A DNA stretch of 48,499 nt, taken from contig LVLI01000083.1 in NCBI GenBank assembly GCA_001687465.1, positions 1 to 48,499 on the forward strand. The letters are read 5' to 3'. Every line of letters begins with the position of its first letter. The first letter of the stretch is position 1. This document shows, one piece after another, positions 22,856 through 34,851 of this stretch. A program made the translations under genes and the position numbers. The notes beneath the pieces are model-generated. The model saw only the letters and a program-made list of their open reading frames with translations. It ran no database searches and was not told where the DNA came from. Source of the stretch: Halocafeteria seosinensis (taxonomy: Eukaryota).

Positions 22856-25533
22856 ATGGAATTTCGGCAGGATAATGTGGAACGAGGTATGGGTTGGATG
22901 TTAAATGAGTGGTTTTGGATTGGTTTCACGCACTTTGTGATTCGTTCATTTCGTGGTTGCTTGCAGTGAGTCCAAGAGCTCGAGTAAGGAGTAAAGTACA
23001 AACTGGAAATGTATGTGTGGCACGAGGTACCGTCGAAACCCCTGCTACTAGCTGGGACAGTCCCCGGAGAGGAAGTCCCAGAGAGTCGACCAGGGGAACG
23101 AAAGAACCAACCCAGAGAATGAAGGAGCAGAGCAAGAAACTGGACACCACTGGGATGCATGTGTATGCAGCGGGAGAACACTCGTCCCCTCGACCGAGAA
23201 CGTGTAAACCCGCTGAAAAAGTTATTCCACGGAGCGATAGACCACAGCCCCAGAGACCGAAGAAACCCGTCAGACCCAAGACGGAGAGCGCCAGGGCCAA
23301 AGCTACGAGTCGCCGTGGTCGTCTAGTTTCTCGCGTGGGAAGCGGGCGCCTCCGATTCGCCCAAGAAGTTTATAACACGAACGAACCTGAACTGCTTGCC
23401 GGAAAGACGGGTCATCTGAGCTCCAATTATCCCTGGAGTGCCACATCGCGGACACCCCGCGGCGGTGAGGAGTCACAAAGTCTTGGTAATCATTTAAAGC
23501 CCGTAAGGCGACCAAATGATGCTCTCATAACAGCCATCGAAAGGACGACTCTCGCAAAATTTTCTCAAGCAATTACGGAAAGTGCCGATGAGGAGACATC
23601 GCAACCAACGCCACGGTTCATCCAGAGGCTATTAAGTAACCTAGTCCCGCAAGAAGCTGAAAGAATAACGGAAGAGTTTTCAGGTTCCGTCCTAAGAAAC
23701 TTAAACCCGTCGGCTCTTTCAAGAACAACAAGCGAAGCGAACACTGAAACCAAGGTAGCAGCAAGCCTGGCGAAGCTCTTTGCGACAACACAAGCCCAAT
23801 TGTCTTCACGACAACAGTTGGATACCTCGTATCAGAGTTCTCCGGTGTTAAAGAAGGAAATCACTGCGGAAGAACTTGACAGGTTGAAGGACTACTATGT
23901 GAAGAAGCAGAATCCACACATGAATATGACAGCGGACCAGGTGCTGACACTATTAAAGTCTCGTGGACGGCAAAAGAGTCTGATGGGATTGTTTCAATTC
24001 TTGGATAAAGATAGAGATGGATGGATCACCAAAACGGAACTAGAAAATTCAATTAAATCGTTCCAGGTATGTTATATGGTCTGACATCTTTGAAAAATAG
24101 ACTCCGTTGTACGAGTATTGCGGGGCTATGTTGTTGCAGATAGATCTTGAGGATCAAGAGTTGAGAAAGCTTTTCGAATACATAGATCAGGATAGAGATG
24201 GAGTTATCTCTCTCTCTGAAGTGAGAAAGACTGTTGAGGAGTGCAATGCTATCCAAGAAAACAGTGCTTTCAAGTATTATCGGGCACTGCCTAAAGGATT
24301 TTCCCGAGACAATCATCCCAAAGCGACTTCCATGCTGGAGAAGGCGTTTTTGTGCACTTTGCGTGAAGTGTACCCTGAACTTTTCTCATCGTTGCCGCAA
24401 TCGCATAAAATGGCACGAGCATTGCTCCTGGAAATGGATAAGGATGTGGACAACGTGGTTACAAATCAACAGTTCGCACAATACTTAAAGGATGCCAGGA
24501 TACGGGAACTCTCGCGGTTTAGTGGAAATCCCTCAATCTCCAATGAAGACCAGCAAACTATAAAGGCTGTTACAGATTGCATTGATACGAACGGCGATGG
24601 ATATATCGATTCCAATGACTTACGAAGAATAGCCGAAACTCTCGGGCATGTAAGCAATCGCGAAATGCAACGTGCTCTAACATCTCGTTCTGGTGAAATT
24701 GAACAAGAACGTGACACTACAACTCCCAGCACACGGCATTTGGAGAATGTAGGCAAGTCTTTAGAGGGTCATACAAAAATGGGCAATGCTCTTGATGAAA
24801 TGATGCACCCGAGGGAATCTCCAAGACATCCCTCACTGCAGCAAGCCCTGACAGTACGAAATCAAAATCGCCTTGGCTATGGTTGCACTGTTAACAACAC
24901 TCATTCGTATCCTTCAGATGCAAAGAACGATCCTGGAACGTCTATAACCTTTCCTACTACGCAGCTACCCACTCTTAATCTGTCCAAGGTTCGCCGACTG
25001 AACGAACTAAGCAAGGTAAGTTCGTGAACCCTTTTCCCCGGTTAAGCAAATCTAATATGCGTTGTCTCTTACTGAGCGAGCAGGACACTCAATCAATATT
25101 TACTCCTGCGGGCGAGAACAAGGAAATAGAGATGTGCCCCTCACACGCATCGGATTCTGAAAGGCTTCAGACAACGACATCGCGCTTCATGGAAAGTGGG
25201 TTATCCCCTCGTCTTGACCACGTTAGCCGTTGGAAGAAGTGGGACCGCAGAGCCTTGGAGCGGCAAACCACTGAGCAGCGTATATGGAACACATACCACG
25301 AAGAGGAGGAACAACGGGAAGAGAAACACCGTCAAAAAGTCATGAATTTGAGGGCACGAAGGAATGCCGTTGAGGAAGTTAATAGTCAGTATCGAATAGT
25401 TCACCCTGAAGGCAAGAGGTTGCTTCGCAACACCGTGTCCTACGATGCTCACAAATCCAGTCGCGAATTTGGTCCTATGCTCACAACAACTGGAAGCTCA
25501 CGTAAGAAGTACAATGAAAGGTATTGCAAGTAA
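22856..25533 (+). CDS. EF-hand calcium-binding protein (4 EF hands) with long basic/disordered termini; multi-exon
   Basis: DKDRDGWITKTEL, DQDRDGVISLSEV, DKDVDNVVTNQQF and DTNGDGYIDSNDL. Introns at about 22888-22966, 24068-24139 and 25015-25083 link three ORFs. Confidence 0.8.
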
Positions 25534-26403
25534 GAATGGACCGGCCCTGCCGCCTCTGCAAGTTCGACCAATGTTGCCGGACTAGGTTAGCCAGTAGCAA
25601 AGATTGTGGCGTTGTTGGGGCTTGAGAACAATCTTGCAGAGCCCGAGTATGCTTTGGTAGAGAGTGTCCTTCGAACCTGCGGCGACGATGCGTGGTCCTC
25701 CGGATAGTGAAATGTGAGGTTTATTTCATCTCGAGAACAAATTCCTGACATTTGCTAGCATCTTATGGCATCGAGTAATGCACCTAGTACATTTTTTAGT
25801 TGACTTTACGACGCTCAGTCCGGTTCTACCTTGAATTCTGAGCTACAGGTTCTTGAAGAACTTCATGATCCAACAACTAATCGGCCCACCAAGCGACCAC
25901 CCCGTACCGGTTGGCTTGCTGAAGCCTTCGGAAAATTGTGTCTGGTGGGATAGCAGATGGCCCAGGCTATTAGCTTCGGACATTGCAAAAGTACAATCTA
26001 CGGTTGCATTCGACGGCGAGACGACTGGAATATGCAGTCGTCTTAATGGTACCAGTGGGTAGTACCCGCCGCTACCCGGGTAGTAATGTATACCACCGGC
26101 TACAGGGAACTGTTCAACCTAAGTATACATGGGCTATTTCCTGTATTTCGTGGTAGCGATAATGACGTTGGGTTTAACCACAGAGCCCCAACAATTTGGA
26201 TTCCGAATCGCATCATGCAAAGTACATTTCCACAACTCTCAGTGTACCCGGTGTAACACTCCTTCACAACTTGTGATACGTGACCATGCGGAGAGTGAGG
26301 CCATCAATAATACACACTACTGCTATCTAGAGTGTTGGTGGTAATTTTCCACAGTATCAAAGCTTTTTTTTTTTTGTGCTGATCGAATTTGGATTGTAGC
26401 GTC

Positions 26404-28045
26404 ATGGGTAGCAAAATGAAAGACTATAGCCGCTTCCTAACAGCCCGGGCTCTGCGACGTCGTCCCAGTCCCATACGAGCTCTGCAGCCTCTCACACAGA
26501 TTCCCGGTATGGTTTCACTCGGCGGAGGGATGCCCAATGGTAAGCACAATGGCTCAATAAGTTCGATTGCATTCAGGATGAGTATGAGCTTGCTCCATCT
26601 GCAGCGCAATTGTTCCCCATAGAGGAAATTGAAGTCAAAACGAGGGATCCAAGGAATGCTATAGGGCCACCGTTGTCATTCACGTTGAGTGGGAAGGAAC
26701 TTGAAAATTCTCTCCAGTATTCTCCTACCCCGTAAGACTTGATCCATGCGCTGGTGCCGTCCGACCTTCACCCGCAAGTGTACTGAACAGAGGCCTCTCC
26801 GGATTCGTGGATACGCTTAAGAACTTTCAGAAAGTTGAGCACAACCCCCCTTCTGATAATTTTGAAATGAGCGTTGGGACAGGCTCTCAAGTGAGTGAAT
26901 TACGCACAGAGTCTGATCCTCGCTGTCACTGAGAAGCACTTCTGCTTCGTCTCTTCAGGACGTCCTGGCAAAGGCTTTGGATATGCTCGTTGATGAAAAT
27001 AGTTCCATCATTGTTGGTACGTGAATGGGCTGCACTACCATTGGAAAGAAGTAATGAAGCGACTGCCAAGAACGACGTTGCAGAATCTCCTACGTATTCG
27101 GGTGCTTTGTCGTTTTTACAACCAACCAACTGCCATATTGCTGAAGTTCCAACTGATGAAAACGGATTGGTGCCTTCAAAGTTAAAAAATCTACTAGAAA
27201 ATTGGTCAAGTGATCGCTGGCCTAAACCGAAGGTGTGTCAATGTACCATGTAACCAAAAGTATTGGGCTGAATTACCTTATACGAGCATCGAAGTGAACA
27301 TGCGCAGGTATTGTACACCATTCCCACCGGGGCGAACCCTACGGGAGCAACACAAGACATTGAGAGGAGGCGGGAAATTTATAGCATCTGCAGGAATCAT
27401 GATATTCTAATATTAGAAGACGACCCTTACTACTATTTACAGTTCAGTGCAGAAAGAGTTCCAAGCTTCTTCTCTATGGACGAAGACGAACGGGTTTTGC
27501 GTTTCGACTCTTTCTCTAAATTAATATCATCTGGACTTCGAATTGGTTTTGTTTCCGGTCCTAAACAACTGGTGCAGCAAATAGATTTACATTCACAGGC
27601 AAGCAATCTGCATGCATGTGGAGTAGCGCAAGCAATGACACATTCGTTGCTAAAGATGTGGGGAGTAACAGAAGGCTCTACATCAGAGGAACACGACGTG
27701 TTCGAACACCATATTGGGAATGTTCGTGCATTTTACGAGGCCCAACGAAACCTATTTGTCGAAGCAGCGGAAGCGACTCGGTTAACTGAAGTAGTGAGCT
27801 ACGGCAAACCAAGCGCCGGAATGTTCAGCTGGATGAAGTTGCGGGAGAATATTCCTGTTACAGATACGTCTGCTCTGTTGCAAGAGAAAGCACCACAGAA
27901 GAAATTTCTGATGGTCCCAGGCTCTGCCTTCTTCCCCGGAAATCCTCCCAGTACATTTGTGCGGGCTTCATTTTCGACGGCTAGTGCTGCTGACATGCAG
28001 ACTGCGTTAGGGCGGTTTAAGGAGCTTCTTACGGAGCTATCGTAG
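26404..28045 (+). CDS. AADAT: Kynurenine/alpha-aminoadipate aminotransferase-like (class I PLP enzyme); 6 exons
   Basis: PSPIRAL..MVSLGGGMPN, LQYSP, GSQD, ESPTYSG, YTIPTGANPTG, EDDPYY and DSFSK..SSGLRIG (PLP lysine). Confidence 0.88.
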
Positions 28046-28281
28046 GAGCGGTAGGATTGTGTGCACATAGCAGTTGTTACATGTTATTTTTAATTAGTTT
28101 AGCGGAAATGTGAGATTCAATGACATAAAACAAGAAGCAATAGCAGAAGAGCCTCGTCTACGCTCTCCAACTACGCGCAACACTATCACCCCTTATCGAC
28201 AAACATCCTGCGATACGGACAACATAAGCAATATAAATACAGCATCTGCCGGTAATCTTTCAGTACTGTTCGCCTTTTAGA

Positions 28282-28367
28282 GCTCTTCAGACCCGAAAGA
28301 TGGTTATTAATGATACAAAAGTTTCGATCACGAAAGAATCAGCGGTTTTGTAAATCATCACCAGAGC
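28282..28367 (-). ncRNA. Box C/D snoRNA, snR39B/SNORD2-like (LSU Gm805 equivalent)
   Basis: Terminal stem GCTCT/AGAGC, box C GTGATGA, D' CTGA and D CTGA. The 14-nt guide ACCATCTTTCGGGT is complementary to conserved LSU ACCCGAAAGATGGT, and the D+5 rule selects the G of CCCG. Confidence 0.88.
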
Positions 28368-28591
28368 AACAACAAAAACGAAAACAGCTATAGACGCTTT
28401 CAGACTTACCCTTCGCAATTCTCACAATCGATCCAGTCTAGGCAACGCCCCCTTTAAACAATCTATCCCCATTCATCTGAGCAATTAATTTACCGAGGGT
28501 CTGAGGCGACCGGACCTGCAGGGGCAGAAGACAAGGATGAAGTTAATGTCCTTGAAACATACACTACACAGACGAGCAAAAGCAAGCACCG

Positions 28592-28690
28592 AATACCTCA
28601 GAATAAGATAGGAAAAAAATCATTCCCCCATATTTGATTCTTTATACAGGGGCGTCATAACCACAGGAATAAGTGCTCCTCATAGGTATT
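28592..28690 (-). ncRNA. Box C/D snoRNA (paralog 2), double guide
   Basis: Stem AATACC/GGTATT, box C variant ATGAGGA, D' ATGA and D CTGA. Guides are TTATTCCTGTGGT (LSU ACCACAGGGATAA, one G-U pair) and TCCTATCTTATT (SSU AATAAGATAGGA). Confidence 0.75.
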
Positions 28691-28769
28691 TTCGTCCGGC
28701 ATATAAACACACATACAGACACATAAACATCGAGACTGCCGTCAGGTTGCCTTATCTCGGGTATAGAGG

Positions 28770-28876
28770 GATACCTCAGAAAGATAGGACCTTCGAAAAC
28801 CGAGTATAATCACGTGAAACAAGGGTATAAACATGGTCATATACCACAGGAATTTATCGGGGTCATCCTCAGTATC
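28770..28876 (-). ncRNA. Box C/D snoRNA (paralog 1), double guide
   Basis: Stem GATAC/GTATC, box C variant TGAGGA(TGA), D' ATGA and D CTGA. Guides are ATTCCTGTGGTA and AAGGTCCTATCTT (SSU AAGATAGGACCTT). Confidence 0.75.
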
Positions 28877-29253
28877 TTGGCCAAGATAGGCTTTCTTTGG
28901 AATGATGCAGCACCCGACCGCGAGGCAGCAAAATAAACAACAGCACATACATTCACGCAATGGAAAAGGTGCCTGTAAATAGACTTACATGATGTAATAG
29001 AGCATCTCTTTGATGGACATGGCATGCCAATGGAGCAAAAACACCACATCCACGCTCTCTATCCTTCACCTCCAAGGCCCATGGCAGTAGAACACTAGTG
29101 TAGTCACTGGCGCAACTACTGAAATGAGCAAACGACGGCAACACATTCAGATATCACACAATATCGACACCCAAATGGCCTGAGCTCCCTGGGCTTGGAG
29201 TCACCTTTTTCCCGATGAAACCAACAGGTTGAAGAGGGTCCTACCAGGGATTC

Positions 29254-29291
29254 GTGGTGGTGGTGGTGGTGGTGGTGGTCAAAAAAAAAAA
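29254..29291. repeat. (GGT)n microsatellite followed by an A11 run
   Basis: Directly visible in the sequence. Confidence 0.9.
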
Positions 29292-30179
29292 GATTGTCCG
29301 GTTACCCAACATACCCAACAAACTACAAAAAACATGGCAAGAGGAACACGAATGGGGCAAGGGGAGGCCCTGCAAAATAAGGATGCTAACAAGCAAACGA
29401 CAAAAAGCATAGCATGGGGAGAAGCAAGGGGAGGAGGGCAGTTGACTTTTGCTGGCACTTAGGCAAAAAAAGCAAACCAGGAGTTAAGAACTCGTCAGCT
29501 TACGGCTGCCAAAGTTGATAAAGGATAGCAAGGAAACAGGACATGGAAATGAATATATGTTACATTTCTCTGTTGTACGAACACAGCCCCACTGGGTGAG
29601 GAGACTCCTGGATTGTTATAATATAAATTGTTTGGTCTCCGAGTGAACATGGTAGTACATGATGGTACGTACCCACCCAAACGGTGGATTTGAGGGAGCG
29701 CGAAGCGCTCACGAAAAGACACCGGAGCTGAGCTGGACCGGATGTGTGCGGTGTAGTAACACATTGTCCACAAGAATCGTTCAGGTACTTCCACAGATCC
29801 CGTGTCTGTAGTCGCGTAGCGTCACCGATCACACAGCACGTCTTACTCCGGTAGAGTTCACATCAAGCCCACTTCCCAAACAAATTTTCTAGTAACAAAC
29901 TCTTCATCGGGACCCCCTTCACGCGCCCCCGCGGGAAGGTACGTCATACTGTTTTCCTGAAATTCTTGTGGACCTGAGGTCCCTAAGTCTGGGGTCCTCG
30001 GGCCCCAAAGCTACTTTCGATCCTTCGGTCTCAAGTGAAAGGAAAGATTAACTTCTCAGTTGAAAGGGTTTTATAACGCCCGTAGAACCTGTATATAGAG
30101 TGGTTCGAGAATACAACCTCCTCCAATACCTTCTATGGTATTTTTATGAACCTTATACACCGTTGTTTGTGAAGAAAGA

Positions 30180-31175
30180 ATGGCAACTGGAGCACCAGGA
30201 GGTGGCGGGTACCCCTCCATTGTAAGGCTATTATTATACGTGTTTTCCCTGTTATTCTGCGTCCATTGCATGTCATTTTCAATGTGTCCGATGCAGCATG
30301 TGCAACCTGAAAACATCCAGTTCATTTTGAATCGAAATGCGCAAGTGATCAGGGAATGGGTGGAACTCAACAACATGAAAGCTGCCGGCCAAGTGACCGC
30401 TGAAATAGAACAAAGGATACAGTTTCTTTATCAAACATTGAGTGAGTCTCTTCAGATGTTAGCAGCTCTGGCGGAAGCCAGAGAGTCCCCTGCCCTCATA
30501 CCGTCGGAAAGAATCCTCGCCGGACTGCCGCCAGAATTGGTCTCGGAGGAGTTGAGAGCGTTATGCCTGCGAAATATACAAGCAGAACGAGAAATGGCGA
30601 AGCAGCAAGAACAGCAGAGGCAGCAGCAAATGATGATGATGCAGCAGCAACAGCCGATTCCTCCACATGGTGGCCCCTATCAGGCTCATGGTCATGCCAT
30701 GGGACGGCATTTCCCCGGGGGTGGAGTTCCATCGTCTCACGGACAGCAACCTCCGAAGATGGAGCACCCAGGAATGCAAGCACGCTCTGCTACTCAACAC
30801 CATCATCCCTCTATTTATTCACAACATAACAGTAAGGTCCACTATCATGGTAGTGGTGCTCCTACAGAATACCCGATGCCACCTGGTGGACAAAGGAGAA
30901 CTACAGGGGCCGATGTTCCTTCGTTTCCTCAGGGCATAGATATCCAACAGCAGCAGCAGTATGGAGTGTCTGGACAATCACAGTTACATCAGCAAATGGA
31001 AATCCCTACCAGTGCACCACCGCAGATGCAGTTCGATCCGTACGGTAGAGGAGGCGCTGACGATGCTCAGAGGATGGCGCAGCCTCCCCCAAGCACACGA
31101 GGGATGGGGCCTCCAGACAGGATGGCTCCCGGAGATGGCTTCGGTGGTGGAGGAGGGTACCAGTTTTTTGACTAG
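30180..31175 (+). CDS. SS18/SSXT (GIF-like) transcriptional co-activator, SWI/SNF-associated
   Basis: SSXT-like ENIQFILNRNAQVIREW...LSESLQMLAALAE followed by a Q/P/G/Y-rich tail. In-frame 75-nt intron at 30222-30296. Confidence 0.7.
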   Translation: MATGAPGGGGYPSIVRLLLYVFSLLFCVHCMSFSMCPMQHVQPENIQFILNRNAQVIREWVELNNMKAAGQVTAEIEQRIQFLYQTLSESLQMLAALAEARESPALIPSERILAGLPPELVSEELRALCLRNIQAEREMAKQQEQQRQQQMMMMQQQQPIPPHGGPYQAHGHAMGRHFPGGGVPSSHGQQPPKMEHPGMQARSATQHHHPSIYSQHNSKVHYHGSGAPTEYPMPPGGQRRTTGADVPSFPQGIDIQQQQQYGVSGQSQLHQQMEIPTSAPPQMQFDPYGRGGADDAQRMAQPPPSTRGMGPPDRMAPGDGFGGGGGYQFFD

Positions 31176-31918
31176 AAGTAGAGAACTAGGTTGACATGGT
31201 GTTCAGTTGCCAAGCGGGAGTTTGGAGTTCAATTTTGTTGTGAAGTGAATTGGTGTAAAATTATAGACATAATGGCAATGCGGCATGCTTGCGTAACGTA
31301 AGTCCCGGGCATTTCGGATTGTGCGTACTCGTCCAACTAAGCCCGTCAACTAATTACGTGTCCTGACCATGGCATGTCACTCTGGGTCTGTTGAGGTATA
31401 CCTTATAGTGTTGGATCCAAATGCATACTTCACTGTTCCCAGCCAACACTGTCGGTGGTGAATGGCAGCGTTAAGCAAAAAATACGAGCAATACACATAT
31501 TGACTCCGTAGTGTGGAATTCAGGGAAAGGCAGTGGACGGCGCTGGGCTCAACCCCTAAGCAAGGGATGGCGGGTGATAGAGCGAACCATTTTCGCCATT
31601 TTGGCGTACCCTCAGTGGAATAGGTCAACATCCGGAGGAACACTTGAACATTCATCCATCAAATACCAACAACGCCAACTAGAAGACTATCGCTCTTGTA
31701 CGCTTTTTTCCCGTCTTCTATCTCATGTTCCAATTTGCGTCTTCATTGGCAAACCAACGCAGGTTTTGCAATACTGTCCACTGGCTATCGACTCTAGCAT
31801 GGATCCAGGTGATCAAGGATAGCACTCAGGATCTTCTTCGAGAATGCATGCAGAATTCACACATGAATCTTCCGGGGGCAGTTGGGGCAGTTCTCTTGTT
31901 GCGATGATTCCTCACATA

Positions 31919-33162
31919 TCACCTGTCAACTGGTTCGGGCGGGGAATTCCTTACTTGCCAATGTCGAAGCAGTGGCCGTAGGTCGGGCGCTTCCATATTC
32001 AGCCCGAGAAGGAAGGTTTCTAATCGTTGTAACTCTTTATCACTTTCATCTCCGAAGAAAGGAGAGCATTCAATTCCATTTTCACGATGACTATGAAACG
32101 ACTCCGGTATGTCATCAACTAATACTGCTCGTTTGATATCAACATTGAGGAGACTCAGATCCTTCGTTAATGCACCACACTTTTCGGGAAGGCAAGAGTC
32201 CCTGTAGTATCTCTCGTGTATCATAGACGAGGTGGGATCAAGATAGTCAATAACCTTGTCAGCATATACTCTGTGAGAAGAAGTGAAGATGGAGATACGA
32301 AACACTCCGCTCATTCTCCGAAGGAACTCATCGCAATACGGGCGTTTTCGAAGATAAAATGCCAGGCCTTGTCCTTGCCAGTTGATACAGAATTTCACGT
32401 CGAAATGGTCAGGTTTCTGGACGTCAGCAATGAAAGTCAAGTGAGCTGAAGGCTACCATAGATAAACAGTTCCCACCACTTACCGTTTGTGTACATTGTA
32501 CGAGTGTCTCATCTAGATCTAAAAGTAGCGTAGGCAAATCGCCTGCATCCTGTCCCAAACAAAAAACAGAAGAGTCATTTGCGCTGACCTCCCACTGGTC
32601 ACGTTCAGCATTCATTAACATACCGAAGACGACCGGGTTGCATACGCCTCGTTGCGGGAGCTCATTGGTACCACCTGTCGAAACACGAATGTTACAAGTA
32701 TCTACAAATCACTGCGAAGACCCGCACGCCGGTATGGACTCCACTTACCGGTGCATTTGTACAGCTTAGCTTCTTTAGAAACTTGCGTAACTTCCCCGTT
32801 CGTGGTATGGACTTGGCTGCCTCCGCCTTACGACTCCGCTTCTGGATCGTGTGATATGCAAACGTGGTTACACAAATCAATGCAACCTGACCTGAAGTTA
32901 AGCGTACCGGTAGAGTGTCTTTTGGAAGAGGGAATGGTGCCGAATACCGCTGGTAGGTTTTAGGCCGGGGTGTAGGTGGCGGTTCAAGCATAAAGTGTTC
33001 TGGAACAAAACGAAACGGCGATACGCAAGCGTTATGAGTGCTCGCGAATCTCTAGAACTTCACTCAGATGCTCCAAAATAACTCACTTCCTCTGTTCCCG
33101 AGATACCCATGCTCGGGAACCTGTAGAAACAGGGATGTCCCTGTAGAATGTGGTGCTGTCAT
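31919..33162 (-). CDS. CTD small phosphatase-like (NIF/FCP1 HAD family), copy 1; multi-exon
   Basis: LLLDLDETLV, KRPYCDEFL, FTSS..YADKVIDYLDP, KDLS, VLVDD and DKEL. The start is inferred from an in-frame upstream exon MTAPHS... Confidence 0.85.
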
Positions 33163-33779
33163 ATCCCGCTAGGTTTTCCCGTCGCACGCGTCGCTGCTAC
33201 AAGAACCGCTCCATTAACGAATGCACTTTCGATTTCAATCGGGATCTCTGTTGTATAAGTTGGTAGCATATAATGCTTCCGCTGAATCAGATTTTCAGCG
33301 TATCAACACGTAGATATAAGGAGTAATGCACAGTCTCCACGGGTGTCCTCCAGCAAGGATGCACATCTTTATAGTGATTGCATCAGCGAATTCCGGTCTA
33401 TAGAAGACCTCACTTTTGAAGCTGTTGGTGGTCCAGGAAGTCAACAAACCATCCCCACATATGGCTCGTCCAAGGCGATTAGTCTTGAATCTTTGAGGCT
33501 GAAATCCGAAGGAGGTTACCACCCGGAAGGGTGGTCGAGGGGCGCTCAACTGGCTCGAAGTGGAAGTAGCCGTCTTGTGGTCCGTAGGCCGATAGGCCAA
33601 TATATTATTCGCTTGCTTGCTTGTCCGTTGTTTCTATTGATGTCATCTATCATGCATCCTTCAGTATTCAATTATTTGTTATTGGTGAGGTCACTGATCC
33701 GAAAGAATTTCTCCTGAAGTGTTCCGCATGAGCTGATTCTTGGGAAGCAACAAGATCAGAACCGAAGCCCAAACAACCG

Positions 33780-34851
33780 TTTGCAGTGTCTATCGCCCCC
33801 AAGAAACGTTCCAGACGTAGCAGCTCTTTGTGCCACTGACTCCCGCAGAACGGTAAACACGAAAGCCAAAGGAGGCTAATGAGTGAGGAGAGTGCAGCTT
33901 AGCCCCAAGCGCTTTCAAATTGTTTCCTTACCCGTCAGCCGAATGTCAGCAATACCTATTTCGTATGAAAGACGAGCGGGGTCGAAATACTTGATCACCG
34001 CGTCGGCATAAACGGGAACAGATGCTGTGAAGACAAATGCCATCCAGTTTGCTCATTTGGCGAAGGAACTCATCGTCGTTTTCACAGGTATAGGTGCATC
34101 GTTTCGCCCTTTCGTATGAAAATGAAGTGGTTTCTGGAGAGCAGCAAAATCAAATCAAGCGCTCCATTATCCGTGTGATTATCACACCACATACTGTATA
34201 GTGTTTACCGGAGACGTCCATGCCTTAGTGGTACATCTGATCAATGTTTCAGGAAGGTCTACCAATAGCTGAGGAGCATTGATTACAGTGGAACAGTTAT
34301 CATAAACAGTAGCTGTTCTCACAATATCATCACATCATTTGCAGGGTGCTCAGATATGAAATTTGTGTGTCTTAAGTGGGAGGACCTGAGATCAATTCAA
34401 GATAGCTTTGTCTTAAGAAGACAAAAAGACGTCGTAACGAAAGTCATGCCTGGGTGCTGGTACACTTAAGCTTCTCTAGAAGCCTAGGGGTTCAGATGAG
34501 TCTCTGGAGTCAGACATTGAGATTTGACCAATGTTGTCGGCTATCTGCGGCACAGTCCATCGTATAGGAAAAACTGTTCGTTGAAAGCTTATAGCACCGT
34601 ACCTGTCTTGGGCATGGATCAGAGTATTCGGCGTTGCGCTCCAACAGTTTTTTTTTTGAAAATCGAATTGATTCCGCATAGGGGGAGTGTTTTGTGATGC
34701 TCGTAAGGCTAAGACATCGGCGTTTGCGACGAAGTGTACCAACACTTCGTTCATCAACCGTTGCTAACCTTTCGCTGCTAAGCTTACAACGTTTCCGGAA
34801 TTGCCCGTTGGTATCAGGTAAATGCAGGTTCAATCTTGATGCGGAGTTCGT
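33780..34851 (-). pseudogene. CTD small phosphatase pseudogene (copy 2; paralog of 44660-45888)
   Basis: Colinear with copy 3, but the start ATG is ACG (34849-34851), DLDET is DLPET, one donor GT is GC, and the catalytic exon has deletions and frameshifts. Confidence 0.8.

Larger units (their letters stand above)
28120..29870 (-). ncRNA. Putative non-coding, multi-intron snoRNA host transcript (ends approximate)
   Basis: Minus-strand GT-AG introns at about 29314-29119, 28988-28516 and 28409-28208, plus a probable one ending at 29370. Short exons have no credible ORF; the introns are unusually long for this genome and contain C/D snoRNAs. Confidence 0.6.

Noticed and set aside
26045..26105. 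GGGTAG/CTACCC palindromic cluster
   Set aside because: Short and possibly a promoter element, with no supporting boundaries or copies.
28600..28960. Cys-rich PLAC8-like or selenoprotein (UxxC) reading, including ORF 28742-28960
   Set aside because: The sequence is better explained by intronic C/D snoRNA boxes, rRNA-complementary guides and terminal stems.
33295..33760. ORFs between phosphatase copies 1 and 2
   Set aside because: Non-ATG starts and no recognisable homology.
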